The notes below the pieces were generated by a model. The model had not been told where the DNA came from, made no database searches, and saw only the letters and a program-made list of their open reading frames with translations. The position numbers and the translations under genes were made by a program. Below are positions 53,155 through 63,198 of a stretch of 64,000 bases of DNA, one piece after another (the stretch's first letter is position 1; each line of letters starts with the position of its first letter). The stretch comes from Nostoc sp. (GTDB taxonomy: Bacteria > Cyanobacteriota > Cyanobacteriia > Cyanobacteriales > Nostocaceae). Where the stretch lies: positions 224,001-288,000 of the forward strand of contig JBALDB010000002.1 of assembly GCA_036918135.1 (NCBI GenBank), written 5' to 3'.

Positions 53155-53523
53155 TACTTGTGGTCTGCTGCTGGACGGGCTGGAGAGCAGGGAAAACGCA
53201 TCTTATTTACTAATAAAAATTGAAGACGGTTTCAAAATGATATAGATTATTGCAAAAATTCCGAAAATCATCAACAAAATAAATCAATAAAACTTCCAAA
53301 CTCTGAATTGACTTATCGAAATCTGAATCATATTTGTTAATAGTAAAATAAACTCATTAATTAAGTATATAAACCTATGTTTATCTGGAGAGAAAGTGAT
53401 ACTTTCCCATCAAAGGCTAAATCAAAGTTTTAATATACTTTATTTAGCTAACTCTAAAACTCTTGCTAAATAGTTGTATCCATTGCAGCAAGGAACTATT
53501 TATTTTTTACTCCACGTTTAACA

Positions 53524-53685
53524 CTTACCTTGGTTCTGTTTTAACGTAATAATGTAATCTGCTTCTTTTTTGGCAATTAATTTGACAATCTCTTTTTGAC
53601 ATCCTATAGCATCTATAGTCACAATACAACCAGATAATTCTAAAACTTTGATTAGTTCAGAGATTGCCGTAATTTCATTTGATTT
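53524..53685 (-). pseudogene. ISAs1-family transposase fragment
   Basis: Translates to KSNEITAISELIKVLELSGCIVTIDAIGCQKEIVKLIAKKEADYIITLKQNQGK, the ISAs1 signature; absent from the ORF track. Confidence 0.88.
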
Positions 53686-54021
53686 TCACGCTTTTGTAGC
53701 TTCATTCTTCTTTAAGAATGAGAATATCATTTTGTGCGATCGCTCTGTTAACTCTTTATAGCGATCGCTTACCATACCCCTATCTGTTAATCCTATTCTC
53801 ATTCAATCACAGTTGTTGAGAATAGGTGCTTTAAAACCTTATTTTTCCGATGTTTCCATACTGAAGGTGAAAAGTTAGGTTCTTTGACAGGCAGCCGATG
53901 GCTGCCTTGAACTCCCCCTTATAATGATTATCATTACTAGAAGTTGAGATGTTTAATTTTCTCAAAGCCTTATCTAGTTGCGCTCTTGGCGTATTCCACT
54001 CTTATTCAAGCTCGTCAATAT

Positions 54022-54039
54022 TTAGATGCGTTTGCCCTG
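54022..54039 (-). mobile_element. Probable ISAs1 terminal inverted repeat
   Basis: CAGGGCAAACGCATCTAA on the minus strand, exactly where the hepT-like gene is cut off. Confidence 0.65.
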
Positions 54040-54319
54040 GCTCAATCACGCCCTAAACTCAATTTAAATTCACCTTCAAATAATCATGAATCAGTACATC
54101 TCTAAAACCAGCTACTTGCTGCCAAGGTACATCTGGGTAAACTGCTCTGATTTCGGGAGATAACCGCTTCGTTGCTTACCCAATAATTTCAAAATTTCTA
54201 ATTACCGCATCTTGAATTATTGTGGTTTGCAAAAATACCTCTTTGCCATCACGAGTATAAAATTCTATGCGCTTGATACATTCAAAGATGTTGCTCAAGT
54301 ACAGCCGGTCGTCTCTCAT
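54040..54319 (-). pseudogene. HEPN/DUF86 (HepT-like) toxin pseudogene
   Basis: MRDDRLYL...DAVIRNFEIIG*ATKRL...PW....GFRDVLIHDY (R-x4-H); TAA at 54178-54176, two more stops, 3' truncation; ATGA overlap with the upstream gene. Confidence 0.85.
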
Positions 54320-54606
54320 AACGCCACAGCTTCCCGCAACACTTTATCTCTAATCAACTCATGTAAAGTTTCTACTTCAGTTACATCCACTTTACGTCCT
54401 AGCAATTCTTCTAAAGACTGCATCAAAGCAATTTGGTCTAGCAAAGTTCGTCGTGGTTCAAGTTCCACCAGAAAATCTACATTACTGTCTAGTCTTGCTT
54501 CTCCTCTGGCCACAGAACCAAACACCCGGACATTATACGCTCTGTACAAAGCTGCAATTCTCAAAATTTCTTCCCGATAAGCTTTAAGTATTTCATCAAT
54601 GCCCAT
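54316..54606 (-). CDS. Minimal nucleotidyltransferase (MNT) antitoxin
   Basis: VFGSVARGE....SNVD..V and GRKVD; the first Asp of DxD is replaced by Asn. Confidence 0.88.
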   Translation of the reverse strand: MGIDEILKAYREEILRIAALYRAYNVRVFGSVARGEARLDSNVDFLVELEPRRTLLDQIALMQSLEELLGRKVDVTEVETLHELIRDKVLREAVAL

Positions 54607-54666
54607 AGCCTAACCCAAAATGATTTCAACAAATCTCTACCTCTAGCTTGACATTTTCAGGCATCT

Positions 54667-54867
54667 TCATCCTCTTTCAGTAAACTCATCCCAAGTCGCA
54701 CCAAGCTGAACACCAATTTCATAAGGCAAAACATTTATAGTCGCAGCACTATCTACTAACCCAACGACTTCAACAAATCCATTATTACTACGAAGAATAA
54801 GTGGAATTCTTGGCAAACTATCAAACTCATTTTGTGATGGGTTATTTGTTGAGTATTTGAATCGCAT
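54667..54867 (-). pseudogene. Truncated retropepsin-like (aspartic protease) gene
   Basis: GLVDSAATINVLP..IG..LG; only 66 aa. Confidence 0.6.
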
Positions 54868-54872
54868 ACTGT

Positions 54873-55085
54873 TTAATCAGTCTCGTCAGCTTGTTTCATT
54901 ACTTGCATTAGAACTTCTCTTACACCAAAAGTCTCGTAAGGTGTTGGTAAGTAGTAAGTTTTGTGTGGTTCCAAAGGAGAAATATCGTCGCCAGTTTCTA
55001 ATTCTGACGCGAGAATACGCATTAATTCTACTTTATCTGCAACACCAAGCTGTCGAATGGCACTAAGTATTTCTGTTAATGTCAT
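54873..55085 (-). CDS. Small hypothetical protein, partner upstream of the retropepsin-like gene
   Basis: 70 aa; IL.AI.QL...DK..L...LA.EL pattern. Confidence 0.7.
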   Translation of the reverse strand: MTLTEILSAIRQLGVADKVELMRILASELETGDDISPLEPHKTYYLPTPYETFGVREVLMQVMKQADETD

Positions 55086-55138
55086 TTTTCTTTGCTCGTA
55101 GGGATTTTATCTGCACGATTATCTCAATAATAACCGGG

Positions 55139-55186
55139 ATGTCAACGCAGAAGATAGACATTTGTGTGACGACATCAAGCGTTGAG
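55139..55186. repeat. 48-bp direct repeat, copy 1
   Basis: ATGTCAACGCAGAAGATAGACATTTGTGTGACGACATCAAGCGTTGAG. Confidence 0.92.
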
Positions 55187-55549
55187 CTTCGTTAGCCGCA
55201 CCATACCACCATCAATAACTTGTATATTTAACTCATAACCTTCCATTAACGACATTCCAACAAGCGGATCGGAATCAGCTTCATCAATAGGAATTGTTAA
55301 AAGTTGCCCATCCCAAAGTACCGTAGCCTCGTAAATGTCAAAAATACTTTCACTACCATCTGCCAATAAAGCTCGTCCGCGTCTTTTCCAATTAAGCCCT
55401 AGCACCGTAATAATATCTGGAGGTAAAGAAAGCCAACCATCAAAACCCGTATCTATAACTGCATCTCGCTTATAAACCCTTCCATTAGAATCGTGAATAG
55501 CTACGCGAATAATTGGTTCATAGTCCCCATTAACTCGTTCAATAATCAT
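55175..55549 (-). CDS. Clan AA aspartic protease (single retropepsin domain)
   Basis: AVIDTGFDG.L.LP, LADGS, PLVGM.L. Confidence 0.88.
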   Translation of the reverse strand: MIIERVNGDYEPIIRVAIHDSNGRVYKRDAVIDTGFDGWLSLPPDIITVLGLNWKRRGRALLADGSESIFDIYEATVLWDGQLLTIPIDEADSDPLVGMSLMEGYELNIQVIDGGMVRLTKLNA

Positions 55550-55842
55550 GCTGTTTTTGCTTTTTGACTGCGACTTGCGCTAAATCGACGCACATAACGA
55601 GAACCAACTTTTATAATCCAAATCTGTGCATTTGGGTAACGTTTTTCCAGACGAGAACAAGCAGAAATTTCATCATCATCTATTTCCCATGCACCCGTAA
55701 CAATATCAATAGCAACTATTTTGCCACTACTATCAGATTGCAACTGGGCAGATTGCAACTGGGGATAAATATCGCGTTGATAAATCTCATCGCCCAGCCT
55801 GGCAAATTCTTCTTTACTATATTGCGGTTGTCCAAGAGACAT
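55546..55842 (-). CDS. Small hypothetical protein (DUF5678-like) translationally coupled to the aspartic protease
   Basis: YSKEEFAR.G.EIY...GKIVAID..TG; ATGA overlap. Confidence 0.78.
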   Translation of the reverse strand: MSLGQPQYSKEEFARLGDEIYQRDIYPQLQSAQLQSDSSGKIVAIDIVTGAWEIDDDEISACSRLEKRYPNAQIWIIKVGSRYVRRFSASRSQKAKTA

Positions 55843-55916
55843 AATTTTGCATTACCGTTTTTCTGATCTTAGCCTGAAACCTTTATACTTATGTTGTTGG
55901 GTCATGCCTTCTGTAA

Positions 55917-55964
55917 ATGTCAACGTAGAAGATAGACATTTGTATGACTACATCAAGCGTTGAG
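55917..55964. repeat. 48-bp direct repeat, copy 2
   Basis: ATGTCAACGTAGAAGATAGACATTTGTATGACTACATCAAGCGTTGAG; 45/48 identical to copy 1. Confidence 0.92.
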
Positions 55965-56026
55965 GGTTAACAGCCATGTCAATTCCACCAAAATAAATAC
56001 AACCTTGACACATCACACCCCAAATA

Positions 56027-56092
56027 ATGACAGACCAGTAATTACTAGAACGTATAGTCCTCAATCCAAAAGTGCTAGCAGGAAAGCCTTGA
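56027..56092 (+). pseudogene. DUF433 antitoxin N-terminal fragment
   Basis: MTDQ*LLERIVLNPKVLAGKP*, the RI..NP.V..GKP signature. Confidence 0.65.
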
Positions 56093-56245
56093 ATATTTTT
56101 AATTCAAACTTATAGCGCGGGCATATTGCCCGCTTTTTTAGGAAAAAATCTCTTTATGTAAAAATTTAAAATGCGTAAATACATCATTGTTTGCTCGTAA
56201 ACATAATCAAAGGCATTCAAACAAAGCAAATAGAAGTTTACGATT

Positions 56246-57148
56246 ATGACATCCTCATACATTCGCAGCATCTTTTTCACTACATTAGGTTTTAGCAGCA
56301 GCGTTTTACTAAACCTCAATACACCAGGTTTCGCGCAAGCAACAATTCCATTACCATCACTTTCAACTACTACAAATCCTTCAACCTTTCTCCCACGAGT
56401 ACAATCTAAAAATACTAACTTACAATGGGTTTACAGTGTAGCAGAAAGAGTGATTCGTGCTAATGGACTTGACGATCATCCCTGGCGCTTGCAAATCACT
56501 GATGAATATAATATCAATGCCTACGCAGATGAGTTAAACAAAATCGTAATTTATAAAGGCTTGTTAGACCAAATACATGGCGATGATGCAGCTTTAGCTT
56601 TTATTATCAGTCATGAATTAGCCCACCATACACAACAGCATTCCGCACAGCAAGAAGAAGCAGAAGCTAGTTTACAAGAAAAATTACTCCAAGAAGCAGA
56701 AGCAGAATATAACAATTGGATTGTACAAGAACGGAGAAAATCGAAAACTCCCATATCAGCCGCTACAAAAGATGTCATCAAACAACGAATTATTATCCAG
56801 AAAAAACAAGAGTTTGAGAGAACCATGCAAGCATTAAGTCGCCAGCATGAATTTCAAGCCGATGAAATTGGTTACACGTATATGATTAAAGCTGGTTATG
56901 ATATAAATGGAGGTTTGCGAGTCTTGAATCTGTTTTCGCGTTTCCCTTCAGACTACACAGAAATTAGCAGCCATCCACCGACAAAACAAAGAATCAATGC
57001 TTTAAAGCAGGTAATGAATCAATATTTTTGGTTCGCTTTATGGATAGATGGCAATGAGCGATTAAAAAATAATTCTCAACCACTAAAATTAGATTTATCG
57101 GAAGATGGAGTATCTTTGCAAATCAACTCCAGATTTGTTTTACAATAA
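56246..57148 (+). CDS. Exported M48 family metallopeptidase
   Basis: Signal peptide, INAYA, HELAH, E.QAD..G, SHP....RI. Confidence 0.9.
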   Translation: MTSSYIRSIFFTTLGFSSSVLLNLNTPGFAQATIPLPSLSTTTNPSTFLPRVQSKNTNLQWVYSVAERVIRANGLDDHPWRLQITDEYNINAYADELNKIVIYKGLLDQIHGDDAALAFIISHELAHHTQQHSAQQEEAEASLQEKLLQEAEAEYNNWIVQERRKSKTPISAATKDVIKQRIIIQKKQEFERTMQALSRQHEFQADEIGYTYMIKAGYDINGGLRVLNLFSRFPSDYTEISSHPPTKQRINALKQVMNQYFWFALWIDGNERLKNNSQPLKLDLSEDGVSLQINSRFVLQ

Positions 57149-57235
57149 ATATCACTGCATATGCTTTTCAGGTACGTTACGCGATCGCAATGACGCAATT
57201 TCGTCACGGTGCGTAAGTTCTTGTTGTTAGGAAAA

Positions 57236-58498
57236 TCAACTGGAGGGTTTCCAGCCTGCTAGTAAATTGGGGTAAGCCACGGGTGTAGGAAAGATTTTTT
57301 GGAAAGTAGTTTGACGCTCTTGGGGCTTTTCTTGGCTCATATTCCAGAGAGTTTCATAGAAAAAGAAAGAAACTCCAGCAAAATTGCGATCGCGTACTTT
57401 TTGCACTTGTGTCTGTACTTGTTGCATCGGCACAAATTTGTTTTTCAAACCAACCATAATACCAATACTTACTGGAATATGTTTCTTTGCAGCTTTGACC
57501 TCTGGATACTCTAATTCCCTGACAAAAACATTCAAATCATCCCGATAAATTTGCAAAACCAAATCTTCAATAATTCCCATTCGTTCCCACTTCTGCCAAT
57601 CTGCTAAAAAGAAGTCGTAGGAGAAACGCTGAGGATTGGGTGCAACGGAGACGAGGCAATCTTTTTTAGTGGCTTTGATGGCTTTAAATACCCGCTTTGT
57701 GAAGTCGGTGATTTTGTTTGCTCTCCAGCGCACCCATTCGGGATCTTGCGGGTTTTTTGAGGGCGCTTTGCCTCGATGTTCTTTTTTGTAAAGTGCCACT
57801 GTGTAAGTATCGTATCCCAATATAGATGGTAAACCGAAATGGTCATCAAATTGAATGCCGTCAATGTCGTAGTTTCTGACGATTTCAATGATTAAATCTT
57901 GAATGAATTGTTGTACTTCTGGGCGAAAAGGATTTAGCCAAACGCGGTTATGTATGCCTTCTTTAACAATCCGCGTCCCATCACTGCGACTGGTGAGCCA
58001 CTGAGGGCGATTTTTAGCTAATAAAGAATCAGCTGGAGCCATAAAGCCAAATTCAAACCAGGGAATCACTGTTAACCCTTGTTGATGTCCTACATTGACA
58101 ATTTCTTTGAGGATATCTCGCCCTTGCAGTCCGGGTGTGGGGTCGATCGCTCGCCCAATTACTTTGGCTGCAACTTTGCTAGGATACAATGTATACCCCC
58201 AATTCCAAACTGCCGGATACACGGTGTTAAAATTGAGTTCATCGAGGCGTTGCAAAGATCCCTTGAGGCGATCGCGCTCAAATAACACATCACTATCAAT
58301 ATTTGTTAACCACACTCCCCTTAACTCAGACGCAGGTAATCTCTGAGGAATAGTTTGAGCATTTAAGGGCAACGATAATATCACTGTAGTTACCACACTT
58401 AAGGTAACCATCACGAAAAATAACCCTGACTTTCGACTTTGGCGAATATTCCAGCAACAATCAAACTCAACACACCACTTTACTAACCTTTTCATCAT
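57236..58498 (-). CDS. Glycosyl hydrolase-like 10 (GHL10/DUF187) protein
   Basis: ELRGVWL, PWFEFG, WLNP..PEV, YDIDGIQFDDHF. Confidence 0.88.
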   Translation of the reverse strand: MMKRLVKWCVEFDCCWNIRQSRKSGLFFVMVTLSVVTTVILSLPLNAQTIPQRLPASELRGVWLTNIDSDVLFERDRLKGSLQRLDELNFNTVYPAVWNWGYTLYPSKVAAKVIGRAIDPTPGLQGRDILKEIVNVGHQQGLTVIPWFEFGFMAPADSLLAKNRPQWLTSRSDGTRIVKEGIHNRVWLNPFRPEVQQFIQDLIIEIVRNYDIDGIQFDDHFGLPSILGYDTYTVALYKKEHRGKAPSKNPQDPEWVRWRANKITDFTKRVFKAIKATKKDCLVSVAPNPQRFSYDFFLADWQKWERMGIIEDLVLQIYRDDLNVFVRELEYPEVKAAKKHIPVSIGIMVGLKNKFVPMQQVQTQVQKVRDRNFAGVSFFFYETLWNMSQEKPQERQTTFQKIFPTPVAYPNLLAGWKPSS

Positions 58499-58596
58499 CT
58501 ACCACAGGTACAATCGAATTATCGTTTTGATTGTATGCTCTAAAACAATCGCTAGTAAAAGGGACTGAGGCACTCAAGTTCCCCAGTCCCTATTCA

Positions 58597-59727
58597 TCAT
58601 TGAGCGCTAGCTGTAATTTGATTCCAGGCTTTAACTACTCCTTGTAAATCATTTGGCAGGTTATTTTGAGAAATATCGTTGTACTGAACCGTATTCTTTT
58701 GGCTAGTGAGGGTGTAGGTGATATAGTCAGCAGCACCGCTGGGTGCCGGGTAACTGAGATTCTGGAATTGAGTAAATTTATAGCGTTCTAGCGATCGCAA
58801 AAATCGTTGTACCTGTTGCAAAGAAACACGGCGAACACTACGCTCAGAATCATTAGCATCACCAATCCGCACGCGAATCAATCGCCCATCTTTGAGTAAA
58901 ACAGTCTCATAGGTTCTACCAGTAAAGCCACCACTGGAGATTTGCCGAAATACTATATCTCGATCCAAAGGCGGTGGTAACTCGCTGACTGGAATTGGCA
59001 CAGGTGTCAGGGTACTTTGGTTCGGCTTTTGATTGAGCTTAACTATCGAACCTGTTTGATTAGTGTGATAAACCAAGGTTTGTTCGCGTCCACCAACCAC
59101 TACCTGCCAGCCTGGTACCAAAGCTTGGGTACAGAATTCATCAGCGTTAGGTAATTCTAAACAGCCATCTCTCCAAGTTTGCTGTTGAAACCCAACAATC
59201 GTTAGCCGAGAAATCGGTTGTTGCAACTGTCTAGATGCAGCTTGCAAAACAGCATTTTTTACAGATGCAGGTAATTTGTCTGAGGGAGTATTTGCCGAAG
59301 CTAAACGTAGCGATCGCCCGTTGCTATTGGTATGATAAATCCAATTTTGTTTGCCATCAGACACTACAACCCGCCAACCAGGAACTAAAGCTTCGGTGCA
59401 GATTTCATCCCGTTGAGGTAATTCCAAGCAACCGTTGCGCCAAGTCTGTTGATTATAGTTAGTAATTTTAAGTTCTCTAGTCGAAATTCCCTGTCTGCGG
59501 GCTAAATCTTGCAGCACTGCGTTAGCTACTGGACGCGGCAAGCGATTTGATTTAATGTTGTCTTTAGAAACATCAGTGCTTGTTTCTAGTAACAAGTTTG
59601 CAGAAGCCGCTGTGGCATCTTTGCTCAATGTTAAACCGCTAGTAACAGATAAAATCCCAGTTAAAATCAAAGCGGTGAAAATTCGTGCTTGATTGGTGCT
59701 AACATAAAATTTTGCCATGAGTTTCAT
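58597..59727 (-). CDS. Exported hypothetical protein with two tandem Cys-containing domains
   Basis: Signal peptide; two copies of QQTWR.GCLELP..DE.CT.ALVPGW.VVV......YHTN. Confidence 0.8.
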   Translation of the reverse strand: MKLMAKFYVSTNQARIFTALILTGILSVTSGLTLSKDATAASANLLLETSTDVSKDNIKSNRLPRPVANAVLQDLARRQGISTRELKITNYNQQTWRNGCLELPQRDEICTEALVPGWRVVVSDGKQNWIYHTNSNGRSLRLASANTPSDKLPASVKNAVLQAASRQLQQPISRLTIVGFQQQTWRDGCLELPNADEFCTQALVPGWQVVVGGREQTLVYHTNQTGSIVKLNQKPNQSTLTPVPIPVSELPPPLDRDIVFRQISSGGFTGRTYETVLLKDGRLIRVRIGDANDSERSVRRVSLQQVQRFLRSLERYKFTQFQNLSYPAPSGAADYITYTLTSQKNTVQYNDISQNNLPNDLQGVVKAWNQITASAQ

Positions 59728-60294
59728 ACTAATACAGTGCTATTAGTCAATAGTTATAAAACTAAGAAATAATATCTAGCAACTCAGGACAAGAAACTAT
59801 ATAATCCCAGACACTTCACTCGTTGGGATTTGTTTAGTATTTGTCTTTTGAAGCAGATATAAAGACAGACGTTAGTGTAATGATTGTTTGTTCCTGAGCT
59901 AGATTTTACTTAAATTACAGAATTTAAACGGTATTATTTGGCAACATTTGTGCTTTGCGGTAAAAATTTTTCCTGCGCGATCCCAATTTTAAAAATGGGG
60001 ATTGTAGAGAAAGCGCAAGCGATAAGATTTTTCCCAAAATCAAAGGTGCATTCTCTGCGCTTTTAGGACAGCAGTTGCTACTCTTAAGGTTCTCTGTATC
60101 TTTATAAGGCTAAGGGTAGTGTCTCCAAGAATTGCAGTACAAGGTACAAAACCCTAAAGACGCATTAGTTCGCCTTTGCATAAGACAAAATTCATCCATC
60201 AATCAGTAAGGCTGAAAAATCATTGTCACAGTTGGATTCACACCAAGCTAGACATATTCAAACTATTCCTAAGTCAAAATCTAAAAAGTCTCGC

Positions 60295-60798
60295 TTAGGC
60301 GCTAATCGCTTGCTGTTGCGGTTCAACTAACTGATTATTAGGTAAATCAAATCTAATAGTAGTAGACGCCCAGTCTTTGAAATCAGGTGCTAGCCAGACT
60401 AGCTTGCACAAAATTTCATCATTTACCCACAATACAAAGGGAAAGTGAAACTGTTTGCGAAACTCATTTCGCATAATGTTGGTACTGATAATTAGTTGAT
60501 TAATTGCCACTACAGATTCTAAACCCCGTACTATCAAAGCTTCAGGTTGAGTAGCACCAATTGTATTTGTAATAATTGTGTACAATGAGTCAGCTGTCGG
60601 CGTAAGTACGATTTGCTTGATGTCTGCTGAGGAAAATTCTGTTAACAGATTTATCATTTGTTGCTGTCTTTCAAGACAATTGCAACATGCTAATATCAAC
60701 GAAAACTCTCCAGCAGAAACCATCATCGCCCTTGCCAGCCTCTTAATGGCTGCTGTGCTGCTAACTATAGTGTTTTCCGAACTAGTTAAGCCGCTCAT
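60295..60798 (-). CDS. Hypothetical protein resembling the N-terminal module of cyanobacterial ATPase/repeat proteins
   Basis: FSLILA.CN, GLESV, N..R.EFRKQF.FP.VLW, APDF.DW. Confidence 0.7.
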   Translation of the reverse strand: MSGLTSSENTIVSSTAAIKRLARAMMVSAGEFSLILACCNCLERQQQMINLLTEFSSADIKQIVLTPTADSLYTIITNTIGATQPEALIVRGLESVVAINQLIISTNIMRNEFRKQFHFPFVLWVNDEILCKLVWLAPDFKDWASTTIRFDLPNNQLVEPQQQAISA

Positions 60799-61528
60799 TT
60801 TAAAAATCCTGCTTTAATATCAAAACTAGCTGAGCATTATTCAGTTATTCTACTCTATTAACTTTTACTTAAAAGTGTTACACGATACTTGGTATAACAT
60901 TTTATCTGTAGATTTTAGCACAATTTTATACTTGCTTCAAATAATCAGAATATTATCAATCGTCACAGATTCACAATTGAGGGTTAATGTGAAGACAACA
61001 TTAACATTTTATTGCGAACAAAATGGGAAAAGCCCAAAATTAGTAGTTGCATAATTACTTTATTATTTATAGATTTTTACATCTGGCATTAATTAGATAA
61101 TTTTTAGATATTTAGTTAAAATATATACTCAGTATAAGTTTAACAAGAAATATTCAGAAGTGGGAGAAAACTCATACCAATTTGTCACAGGCATAGCTAG
61201 GTGTACCTTTTAATTTGTAGCTTCAAATAAAAAAATCTTCTTCCACCCGTTGATAGGATTTCACGAAATACCTGATATCTATACATAGGTAGAGGTACAG
61301 AGCTGTCCCTACAACCAATTTATTAGTTATTAAGATTTTTAGAAATAGTATAAGTCATCCGTTTGATAGAACAGTAATTTGAAGATGTCGCCTCGTTAGT
61401 CAGAGGACGCCGCATTTTTAGCTTTCTAAGATCAACTCAGAATGTCCTACTATAAAAAGTCATGCATTAAAAGTAAAAATACGTGTAAATACTTAAATTA
61501 TTGATAATTTCATTAGGAGTGTTACACC

Positions 61529-62191
61529 ATGCTATTCAAAGACCGGAGATTTGCAGGTCAATTATTGGCTAAAGAGTTAGCTGCTTATGCTAATCGCTCA
61601 GATGTCTTAGTTTTAGGGCTACCAAGAGGTGGCATACCCGTTGCCTTTGAGGTTGCTAAGGCATTAAATGCTCCCTTAGATGTTTTGGTGGTACGTAAAT
61701 TGGGTGTACCCGATCAAGAAGAACTAGCAATGGGAGCGATCGCTCCTCATGGCGTGCGGATACTCAATAAACACATTATCAAGCTGATGAACATCTCCGA
61801 CGAAGTAATTGCCAAGGTAGCCGTACAAGAAGAACGAGAGTTAGAGCGCCGGGAACAGGTTTATCAAGGCGAGCGCCCCTTAAGAGATTTACGAGGACGC
61901 ACGATTATCTTAGTAGATGATGGTTTAGCAACAGGTGCAACTATGTGGGCTGCTATTGTAGCTGTGCAAAAACAACAACCAGCTATGATTGTAATTGCTG
62001 TGCCCGTAGCGGCATCTGAAACTTACCAACAGTTAGAACCTGAAGTAGACCAAATTGTTTGCGTCTCCATACCCAACCCTTTCTACAGCGTTGGTCTTTG
62101 GTACGAAGACTTTCCCCAAACTACAGATGAAGAAGTCGGGAAGTTACTCGTAAAGGCGGCAAAGAATGGTCAACAATTATTTGCTGGATGA
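61529..62191 (+). CDS. Phosphoribosyltransferase family protein
   Basis: FKDR..AG, LPRGG.PVA, VDDGLATGAT PRPP loop; AGGAG RBS. Confidence 0.92.
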   Translation: MLFKDRRFAGQLLAKELAAYANRSDVLVLGLPRGGIPVAFEVAKALNAPLDVLVVRKLGVPDQEELAMGAIAPHGVRILNKHIIKLMNISDEVIAKVAVQEERELERREQVYQGERPLRDLRGRTIILVDDGLATGATMWAAIVAVQKQQPAMIVIAVPVAASETYQQLEPEVDQIVCVSIPNPFYSVGLWYEDFPQTTDEEVGKLLVKAAKNGQQLFAG

Positions 62192-62424
62192 AAATAGCGA
62201 TTGAAAGTGCTGAGTTAGGAGCCTCGCTGGAGACTGTGAAAGCTCCGGTTAAAAGTTAGGAGTTTTTCTGTATGTGGTCGCTTGCTCTCTATCAAGTAGC
62301 GCTGGTGTTAACAACGCTGACTTGTTTTACAACTGATACTTATCAATTTAACTGTCAAAAACACTATCTAGAAAAATAAATAGTAATTAATTACAAACAA
62401 CTCAATGTAGTACTAGAATTTAAT

Positions 62425-63198
62425 TTAGAGATTGATAAAACTGGTGAGAGTCTCTTTGATTTGATTTGCAGTTGTAGCAGTAAATATCGAGGCTGTGGCT
62501 AAATCAATATAATGATTATTTGCTAAAATTAAGCGAATATTATAACTTGATATGTTATCAAATTCAAATAAATTAAGCTCAATTGCTAAAATTTCTGAAA
62601 GCTTTGCTTCTGCAATTTTATTACCCAACCAAGATTGACGTTCAATAGTTATTTTGCCAATAGTTTTATCAACAATACAAATAATTTTTTTCTGTCTCAG
62701 TATAGAAGCAATACAAACAGCACCTCCTGCAATCATGAATAAACCCAGAGGATAAGTCCACAAACGACTATCTTCACCAATTGTTAGCTTTTGTTCTTGT
62801 GGAGTTTTAAGAAATGTATTGATTTGTACTGCTTTAGCTTTTTTTTGAGTACTATCTGCATTTAGCAAATTTATTAACACTGAGCCTTGAGTTGTCTGAA
62901 GTACAAAAGGATAATTACCCCATGCATCAGTAGTAGTAGTGTCTAATTTTGCTTTTATTATCTTTTGAAAATCCCAGCTTTGAGTTTGAGTACTTAAAAG
63001 ATTTTTAGTAGTTAGTTGACAACTGTTAGCCTCTCCTCCAATACGGCTACAACTAAAAGTAGTAGCTTTGCCGAGTGCAGCTATTAAAAAAACGCCTCCG
63101 ATGATAAAGATTCCGCCGAATAGCCAGTAGAATATGGCTTGTGGTTCGAGTTGCAGTTTTAATAACTTTGGCGTTTGTTCAGTAATATGGAATTTCAT
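62425..63198 (-). CDS. Hypothetical membrane protein
   Basis: 257 aa with two TM segments. Confidence 0.72.
   Translation of the reverse strand: MKFHITEQTPKLLKLQLEPQAIFYWLFGGIFIIGGVFLIAALGKATTFSCSRIGGEANSCQLTTKNLLSTQTQSWDFQKIIKAKLDTTTTDAWGNYPFVLQTTQGSVLINLLNADSTQKKAKAVQINTFLKTPQEQKLTIGEDSRLWTYPLGLFMIAGGAVCIASILRQKKIICIVDKTIGKITIERQSWLGNKIAEAKLSEILAIELNLFEFDNISSYNIRLILANNHYIDLATASIFTATTANQIKETLTSFINL

Larger units (their letters stand above)
50100..53200. other. GC-rich horizontally acquired islet (boundaries approximate)
   Basis: By eye roughly 55-60% GC against about 40% in the flanks; no exact HIP1 octamer seen. Confidence 0.85.

Noticed and set aside
55139..55186. Canonical integron attC site
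   Set aside because: Only 48 bp, no complementary L boxes, imperfect GTTRRRY in gene orientation and no intI; kept only as an atypical candidate site
59876..59888. 13-bp match to the candidate TetR operator
   Set aside because: AT-rich, covers only part of the palindrome; likely chance
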